Part shown: piece by piece, positions 55,985-64,000 of the stretch
Position numbering within the stretch: position 1 is the first letter of the stretch
Layout of the letters: each line of letters opens with the position of its first letter
Assembly (NCBI GenBank): GCA_002269645.1
Contig: NIVC01000201.1
Coordinates: 62,001-126,000 of the forward strand
Length of the DNA: 64,000 nucleotides
Reading direction: 5' to 3'
DNA from: Macrostomum lignano
Taxonomy: Eukaryota
Made by a program: the position numbers and the translations under genes
The notes under the pieces: generated by a model
The model's database searches: none
The model's input: only the letters and a program-made list of their open reading frames with translations
Told to the model about the DNA's origin: nothing

Positions 55985-56019
<35 letters not shown>

Positions 56020-56200
56020 TAGACAGACAGACAGATAGACAGACAGGCAGACAGACAGATAGGCAGATAGACAGACAGACAGGCAGACAGACAGACAAAC
56101 AGATAGGCAGGCAGACAGACGGACAAACAGACAGACAGGCAGGCAGATAGACAGACAGACAGGCAGACAGACATACAGACAGACATGCAGACCGACAGAC
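55672..56200. repeat. (GACA)n microsatellite
   Basis: Tetramer array with GGCA/GATA variants, between TRMT13 and C8orf76-like. Confidence 0.98.
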
Positions 56201-56529
56201 AAATTTTGAGACAGCCATTACTACCCAACGTAAACATGAAACAGAAATAAATAAGACAGAATCGGCTAAATAAAAAGTGAGCACAACATGGATTTCATAA
56301 ATCATCCGCATAGTGTCGCGCATTCCGAACCATCCTCTCGATTTATAATATAACTTAACCAAGAATAACAATACGGTATATTTTATTGGCGGAACAATTA
56401 GTAGTATATGCCGGTAGTACACTAGAAAAATGCTCGAATATTTCTGAACTTTTTGATAATTATTAGAGCTGTGCTAAAGGAGGCGACACGTGTCACTGTA
56501 TTTTTTCAGGAAGTGCTGCAACTAAGAAA

Positions 56530-59500
56530 TCAGATGCCCCTGGAGAAGAGCAGGGCGCAGTTCTCTGGCGTGTCTGACCGCTTAGCATAGCGCACGAGCC
56601 TGGCTGAGTAGCCCAGCTGCTCCGTGAGGAAGGCCACCCGGCCCGAGTCAATAAGCCGCTTGCACTTCAGACCGATGAGCTCCCGTCTGCAATGATGAGT
56701 TGCAGTGGTGTGTCACTCCATGGTGTGCTTGGTGTGTCACTCTATGATGTGCTTGGTGTGTCACTCCATAATTTGTTTGGTGTCACTCCATGATGTGATC
56801 CGTGTGTCACTCCATGATGTGCTCCGTGTGTCACTCCAGGGTGTGCTCCGTGTGTCACTCCATGGTGTGCTTGGTGTGTCACTTTATGATGTGCTTGGTG
56901 TGTCACTCCAGGGTGTGCTCCGTGTGTCACTCCATGATGTGATCCGTGTGTCACTCCAGGGTGTGCTCCGTGTGTCACTCCATGGTGTGCTCCATGTGTC
57001 ACTTCATGATGTGATCCGTGTGTCACTCCATGGTGTGCTCTGTGTGTCACTCCATGGTGTGCTTGGTGTGTCACTCCATGCTTAATGTGTTACTTTATGA
57101 TGTGCTTCATGTGTTACTTCATATGCTTGGTGCTTCACTTTATGGCGTGCTTGATGTGTCAATCAGTTTAAATAGCAAACTAGACAAGAGTGAATAAAAG
57201 GTAAAGCTCGACAATACACCTGTCTTCCTGCGGCTTCCGCTTCAGCCGCGCCGCTTTGCTGGCGCAGGTGGCCCAGCCGGCCATGCGGCTGATGGCGTGG
57301 AAGTCCTCCGGCCCGATGCCCAAACTTGCCATTCGCCGCTTGCCAACGTAGGCGGACCAGAGGCAGCGGTGGTGGCAGCACAGCGCGATCACGCCGCCCA
57401 CAGGCCCGACGCCTGCCGACCTGTCGGCCTCAGCCAGTTGGCCCGCAATGCGCGCCCGTTTGCTATCGCTGCAGCCGTGGCTTCTGCAGTGTGGAAGGCA
57501 CGAATGACAGCTGTGAGCCAGCGGCTTGCATGCTCAGGCCAGGAGAGCTTGCTGAACATCAAATTTTGCAGCGCAAGGCTAGAGCAACATGTTTCCTCAA
57601 TTAAAAATGATATAATTTATGAGAAATTACTGACACCTTCAAGTATAAGGACCATAGGGGTTGCAGCCCAGTGGTCAGAGCGTCGGACTCACGACTTGGA
57701 GGTCAGGGGTTCGATTCTCGACCCAACTCGGGACAATTTGTGTCCTTGAGCAAGACATGCAACCTCTGCATTGCTTCAGTTCACCCAGCTGTAAAATGGG
57801 TGCCAGCATTAGCTGGGGTAATTAAGGGTGTGTGTGGCGACCCCCCAATCCTTAATTGGACTGAACAGCCGTACGCAGCCTTCAGATGCGCCGCGCAATA
57901 GCTGCGGCTGAGCTGTCGGTTGCACATCTGCCCATTAGAGCAGGTGCAATCAATTATCTAAAAATACTAAATCTCTAAGGTTTGTATGTTTGAATGCTTG
58001 CTTGTCCATAACGCTCTAGTTAGTATTACTATTAGACTTTGAAAAATAAAGAAAATTTTTGAGAATGCAATAGGCTGAGCCTGTTGTTGCCACATTTTAG
58101 AGTGCAGGTGAAGTTTCTCAATCTTTGCGAGTGACCCAACTCAGCTACGCCGCGGCAGACCAGTTGAGGAATGAAGTGGGGGAGCGGTGTCCGAGTTTTG
58201 GACGGATTAAAGCTACCCCGATCAGTTTGTATCTTTTATTTCAGAATATTCCAAGAGAAGTTGCTCACTGGCGCATAGAGTGGCGACTTTTCAATGTTGC
58301 TGAGAATACCTAAGCCTCTATACTGCTAATGTGACCAAAGAAGTTTAGCGACATGCACTGAGCTCAATAGGACAATCACCCGCTATTGTTGTCTTCTGCA
58401 TCGGCATCCAGTCCCGCCAGACACCGCAGTGCCAGATCCGTGGCCGCTCCGCACAGGTGCTTGCCCAGGGCCGTGACTCCGCACCTGGATGCCGCTCGAA
58501 CATCAGCGGCCGATGTTGTCACGGCAGGTGCAGCCACCTTTTTTCCTCCTTTCTGCTTGGAAGAAGCGGGCGTTTCCGAAACAGGATTGCCAACGGGGGA
58601 GGCTATTGGGTCCGAGTCAGTGGTTGCCATAGAAACGGAAACTGTGTCTACAGATGATACAGGATCAGATGGTTTTGTTTCTATGGAAACCAAGGTTTCT
58701 GTTTCCATGGAAACGGAATCCGCGTTGACAAACGCCAAAGGGTCAGACGGTTTAGTTTCCACAGATACAGGCTTCTTCTCAATGATTTCTTTGGGAACAG
58801 AGTTTTCTGTTTCCATCGAAACGGACACAGTGTCAACAGACGCTATAGGATTAGACGGCTTGGCTTCTAAGGAAACTGGTTTCTTTTCAACGGTTGCTGT
58901 GGGAGCTGAAGTTTTAGTTGCCATGGCAACGGATTCCGCGTTGACAGACGCTATCGGATCAGACGGTTTGTTTTCTATAGAAACCGACTTGCTAATAGTT
59001 GCTATTGAAACCGAGGTTTCTGTGTCGATGGAAACTGACGCTACCGGATCAGACGATTTGGTTTCCATGGAAACAGGCTTCTTCTCAATGGTTGCTATGG
59101 GAACCGAAGTCTTTGCTATCGTGGAAAGTGTTCTACTTGACGCCGCACTGCCAGCAACTGCGGTTTTCATCGGCCCCTCAGCAGGCGGAAGGAGCAGTGG
59201 CCGCAGCAGCAAGTCGGCAATGTCTACCCGAATCCGGGAGAATCGCTGGCCCGAATATTTGTGCGCGCAGTCCAGCTTGTTCCTCACCGAGCCGCGATCA
59301 ATCAACAGGTAGGCGTTGCTGTCCGCGGGCTCACCTTCCCCTTTCTTACTATTGGACTCGAACCAGTAGCGAGCCACCCAGTGGCACAGGTGGCCTTTGC
59401 CGGCGCCAAACTCAACGTAGGCGCAGGGACTCCGGAGCAGCTGCGACTTCTCAGCCAGAGCCAGGAGATTCGCCTGCTGTCTCAGGTTGGTCACCGCCCT

Positions 59501-60167
59501 CGGCTCGCCGTTCTCAAAGCTTCCGCCTTCCCCATCATCATCCTCATCATCATCTGAGGAGGACGAGTAGCTCTGCACCTTCTGTGCCGGCGGCTTCTTA
59601 TTAATCCGCCGCTTGTTGGACTTAAAAGAAGTGGCGGCCCGCCTGGCTGCATTGCTCAGCTGGGCGGCCATCATGGGCCAGATGGGCTGGTCGGCGTCGC
59701 CCGGCTGGTCGGCAACATCGGAGTCGGGGATCAGCGAGTCGACCAGGGCGATGATCTGGTCCAGCCGGCGGTGCACGTGCTCCGGCGGGTCCAGCAGGCT
59801 CCAGCTGAGGTCGCGGGTTCGATCCTCGGGCGAGTCGCAAGAGTTGACGCCCTGCCGGTAGAAGGGCTGGCCCACCAGGCGGGGTCGGGAGTTGCACCGG
59901 GTCAGGTGCCTGTCCAGCTGGGATGCGTACACGGTGTGCTTGGGATCCAGGGGGCAGGGGATTCGGTGACCGCGGCTGTCCCCGGGGGCGGCAGAGCCGG
60001 CAGGGCAGTGCTCAACGCACAGCGACTGTCCGGGCAGCGGTCTCAAGCGGCACTGGCGCTGCTTCCTAGCAACAAAGTAGGCGCACTGCTGCTGCGGAGG
60101 CTGCGGCTCCGATGTCGTTGCTGGTGTCGGAGGACCAGAGCTCGCCGTCTCCAGCAGATTGAGACAT
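56530..60167 (-). CDS. TRMT13: tRNA:m(4)X modification enzyme TRM13 homolog, 3 exons, with a frame problem near the start
   Basis: Zinc fingers CAYFVARKQRQCRLRP..CVEH and CPLDPKHTVYASQLDRHLTRCNS; YVEFGAGKGHLC, LIDRGSVRNKLD, KHLCGAATDLALRC, IALCCHHRC..YVG, CKRLIDSGRVAFL..TPENCAL. Exons about 58380-60167, 57220-57468 (or 57483) and 56530-56686, with phases 2/2. The ATG at 60167 is out of frame with the zinc fingers. Confidence 0.9.
56707..57150. repeat. 22-bp intronic minisatellite (GTGTCACTCCATGGTGTGCTTG)
   Basis: Tandem units in TRMT13 intron 2. Confidence 0.93.
57657..57960 (+). mobile_element. tRNA-derived CORE-like SINE, probably the most complete copy, antisense within TRMT13 intron 1
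   Basis: CAGCCCAGTGG A box, GGTTCGATTC B box and CORE-like segment; diverges from the other two copies after GGGTGTGTG. The 3' end is approximate. Confidence 0.78.
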
Positions 60168-60339
60168 CCCGCTGGGATTCTTAGATCTCAAAGTTTACCG
60201 GCAAAACTATAATTATGCTAAGTTTAAGCTAATAGATATTTTTCGAACTTAATCTAGTCAGGAGGTTGATTGTACAGCGCGAATCTCTGTGGTAGTTTGA
60301 GAGCCTTTATGGAAGATTTATGGCCAATCAATTATCCAG

Positions 60340-61555
60340 CAGGGTATCCAGGGGATTAAGGGCTGATTATCCGGCAGGGAATCCAGGGGATTAAGGGCCG
60401 ATTATCCGGCAGGGAATCCAGGGGATTAAGGGCCGATTATCCAACAGGGTTTGCAGGGGATTAAGGGCCGAGGGGATTAAGGGCTGATTATCCAGTAGGG
60501 AATCCGGGGGATTAAGGGCCAATTATCCAGCAGGGTATCCAGGGGATTAAGAGCCAATTATCTATCAGGGAATCCAGGGATTAAGGGCCGATTATCCAGC
60601 AGGGTATCTAGAGGATTAAGGGCCGATTATCCATCAGGGAATCCAGGGGATTAAGGGCCGATTATCCAGCAGGGAATCTAGAGGATTAAGGGCCGATTAT
60701 CCATCAGGGAATCCAGGGGATTAAGGGCAGATTATCTAGCAGGGTATCTAGAGGATTAAGGGCCGATTATCCATCAGGGAATCCAGGGGATTAAGGGCCG
60801 ATTATCCAGCAGGGAATCTAGAGGATTAAGGGCCGATTATCCATCAGGGAATCCAGGGGATTAAGGGCAGATTATCTAGCAGGGTATCTAGAGGATTAAG
60901 GGCCGATTATCCATCAGGAAATCCAGGGGATTAAGGGCAGATTATCTAGCAGGGTTTGCAGGGGATTAAGGGCCGATTATCCAGCAGGGAATCCAGGGGA
61001 TTAAGGGCCGATTATCCAGCAGGGTTTGCAGGGGATTAAGGGCCGATTATCCAGCAGGGTATCCAGGGGATTAAGGGCCGATTATCCAGCAGGGTATCCA
61101 GGGGATTAAGGGCCGATTATCCAGCAGGGAATACAGGGGATTAAGGGCCGATTATCCAGCCCAGCAGGGAATCCAGGGGATTAAGGGCCGATTATCCAGC
61201 AGGGTTTGCAGGGGATTAAGGGCCGATTATCCAGCAGGGTATCCAGGGGATTAAGGGCCGATTATCCAGCAGGGAATACAGGGGATTAAGGGCCGATTAT
61301 CTAGCAGGGTTTGCAGGGGATTAAGGGCCGATTATCCAGCAGGGTATCCAGGGGATTAAGGGCCGATTATCCAGCAGGGAATACAGGGGATTAAGGGCCG
61401 ATTATCTAGCAGGGTTTGCAGGGGATTAAGGGCCGATTATCCGGCAGGGAATCCAGGGGATTAAGGGCCGATTATCCGGCAGGGAATCCAGGGGATTAAG
61501 GGCCGATTATCCAGCAGGGTTTGCAGGGGATTAAGGGCCGATTATCCAACAGGGA
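60340..61555. repeat. 35-bp minisatellite (ATTATCCAGCAGGGTATCCAGGGGATTAAGGGCCG)
   Basis: Tandem units just upstream of TRMT13. Confidence 0.96.
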
Positions 61556-62214
61556 TTACGGCCGGTTTTTGGAGATAAGAGACTACATGCATATGGGGAA
61601 ATTTCCTAAGAGCAACCTCTAAGGCGACTCAAGGCTGAATTATCCGAAATCAAAAAGACAGAAGGGACAATTAGCAACGAAGAATAAATATCTGCAGTTT
61701 CCTGTCATTAAAATACAGTCGGCAAGGTGTGAAAACACTGGAGCGAATTCTCTTATATATTTCCAGAGCTGACTCGGCAGCAACAGAGACTGGGCTTCAT
61801 CAAAATCAAATGACAGGAAAAATGAAAAAACGGAAGGCTTGGATGACCAAAATGACTCTAAAGGTGTTGATCATATTATTCTATGAAATGACTGCAAAAA
61901 CCAAAACTCAGATATAAGATATACACAGAGCCACAACGATTCAGCAGCTACACGTGCACAGACATATTAACTGTGAATAGTAATCACTAAGGCGATTTAT
62001 ATCAACAATAATCAATAAAATTGAAGTATAAATGATCACTGGAGGCCAAACCACAGATGCGATGCTGGTTGCTGGGATAATAATCAGGACAGTCAGACAG
62101 TTAAAAAATACGCGAAATGACGCGCTGAGACAGATTGGAGGCGAGACAGAATGCAAATTGAAAATATGAAGGACTGTCACAAGAGGCCCAGACACAGAGC
62201 CACAGCCTCAGGCA

Positions 62215-63140
62215 GACACAGATAGTTACAGACGTTCAGGACACAGACAGTTACAGACACTCAGACACGGCTACAGACACTCAGGCACAGTTACAGACAC
62301 AAGGAGCAGACAGTAGCAGACACTCAGACACAGTTACAATCAGAAGACACACAGTTACAGAAACTCGGGCGCAGTTACAGACACCGAGGCACAGTTGCAG
62401 ACACAAGGAACAGACAGTTACAGACACCGAGGCACATTTGCAGACACAAGTAACAGACAGTTACAGACACCGAGGCACAGTTGCAGACACAAGGAACAGA
62501 CAGTTACAGACACCGAGGCACAGTTGCAGACACAAGGAACAGACAGTTACAGACACCGAGGCACAGTTGCAGACACAAGGAACAGACAGTTACAGACACC
62601 GAGGCACAGTTGCAGACACAAGGAACAGACAGTTACAGACACCGAGGCACAGTTGCAGACACAAGGAACAGACAGTTACAGACACCGAGGCACAGTTGCA
62701 GACACAAGGAACAGACAGTTACAGACACCGAGTCACAGTTGCAGACACAGGAACAGAGAGTTACAGATACTCAGGACACATACAGTTACAGACACTCAGA
62801 CACGGTTACAGAAACTCGGACACAGTTACGATCAGAAGACACATATAGTTACAGACACTCAGACACAGTGTTACAATCAGAAGACATACAGTTACAGACA
62901 CTCAGACACAGTTACAGACACTTAGACACGGTTACAGACACAAAGAACAGACAATTACAGACACAAGACACAGTTACAGACACAGGACAGACAATTACAG
63001 ACACATGACAGACAGTTACAGACACTCGGACACAGTTAGGCAAAAAGAACAGACAGTTACAGGCACTCGGACACAATTACACACGAGACAGTTACAGACA
63101 CTCGGAAACAGTTACAGGCACAAGACACAGACAGTTCCAG
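62215..63140. repeat. 43-bp minisatellite built from ACAGTTACAGACAC subunits
   Basis: Homogeneous 43-bp core at about 62385-62730 with degenerate flanks. Confidence 0.93.
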
Positions 63141-63338
63141 ACACGTATGCGCTCAAGACACAAATTGAAAAAATAAAATCTCGACAAAAATGCCATGACA
63201 GAATGAATGCGCAAAAAACAGAAGCTTCAAACCAGTTTCGATCAGGTGATTTAACAAAAACATTGGCAAATATTTTAGTCTCTAGACTGCTTTAATGTGT
63301 GCTCAGATGCGGCCATGATGCGGTCGGAGGCGCCCCCT

Positions 63339-63695
63339 CTAATCCTTGACCGGATCCGGGAAGCCTTCGCTCTCATTGATGAGCGCCCTCTCCAGGATGA
63401 TCTTGCCCTCCTTGTACTGCTGGCTCTCCTCGGTGGCGAACTCGTACACCCAGCCCAGCTTGGTCTTGCACTTCCTGCAGCTCACATCGCGAACCATGTG
63501 CCTGCCTGTGAGCATCACCCGGTCCTGCAGCTCGCTAGTGTCCAGGTTCACCACCCGGTTGAACAGGAAGGCCCTACCGGTGGCACCGGTGAACCGGGTG
63601 CTAATGAGCTGCTGCCGGTTGGTGAGGGGACAGTCGCAGTTGGCGCAGCTGAACACCCGCTCGCCGCCCATGTGCTCAATGTGCAGGCGGCCCAT
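63339..63695 (-). CDS. YPEL5: Yippee-like protein (YPEL5/yippee ortholog), intronless, 118 aa
   Basis: [77 protein letters not shown]. Confidence 0.96.
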   Translation of the reverse strand: MGRLHIEHMGGERVFSCANCDCPLTNRQQLISTRFTGATGRAFLFNRVVNLDTSELQDRVMLTGRHMVRDVSCRKCKTKLGWVYEFATEESQQYKEGKIILERALINESEGFPDPVKD

Positions 63696-64000
63696 GCTGT
63701 AGCTAGCATTGAATTCTGAGGATTTACTGAAAGCGGCGCAGTACCCAGCGGGGCATGCATTTTAGTGACGTTTTAGCTGGTTTTGATAACTAAATTTTTG
63801 AAAAACTAGAACGTCTACTCATTTTTCAGTAGTTTGTTTGCGCACTGTCACTTAAATTTAATATGGCAGCTAAAATTTGCTTTCCTTCCTCGGGGTTTAC
63901 CGCCTGAGGAGTATATCGGATTAAGAATGAACAACAAGCATTTAACTCGATGTACACAAGTGACCGCAAGATCGACGAAAACTCAGCCTTGGGATTAACA

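Noticed and set aside
58386-59312. 308-aa plus-strand ORF, and antisense ORFs over YPEL5 (63297-63719) and the 1014-aa genes
   Set aside because: Shadow frames of GC-rich or palindromic-repeat coding sequence; no recognisable motifs.

Overview
AT-rich, repeat-dense eukaryotic DNA from an invertebrate. GC-rich exons, minisatellite-filled introns, TTAGGG and splice acceptors next to start codons suggest a flatworm such as Macrostomum; this is inference. The left 50 kb is built from two interleaved segmental duplications. Block A (about 5.8-15.0 kb, inverted at about 30.1-35.9 kb) carries a single-coding-exon 1014-aa gene with a Swt1-type HEPN-like domain, TPRs, Sel1-like repeats and a MYND finger. 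Block B (about 17.6-29.7 kb, direct copy at about 41.8-50.3 kb) carries a damaged fibrinogen-related gene, a 29-31 bp satellite, an unknown spliced gene with a possible death-fold C-terminus, a (CCTCT/CCTTT)n tract, a Helitron end and a tRNA/CORE-type SINE. Mobile DNA includes a 2996-bp TG..CA element with a 4-bp TSD (the empty site is in the paralogous block), a 9-bp-TSD foldback element nested in a MITE, Helitron 3' ends, and piggyBac, P-element/THAP and Gypsy relics. The right 14 kb holds three same-strand conserved genes (YPEL5, TRMT13, C8orf76-like) in an operon-like arrangement. No CRISPR, rRNA or intact tRNA gene was seen. Coordinates and counts were made by eye.
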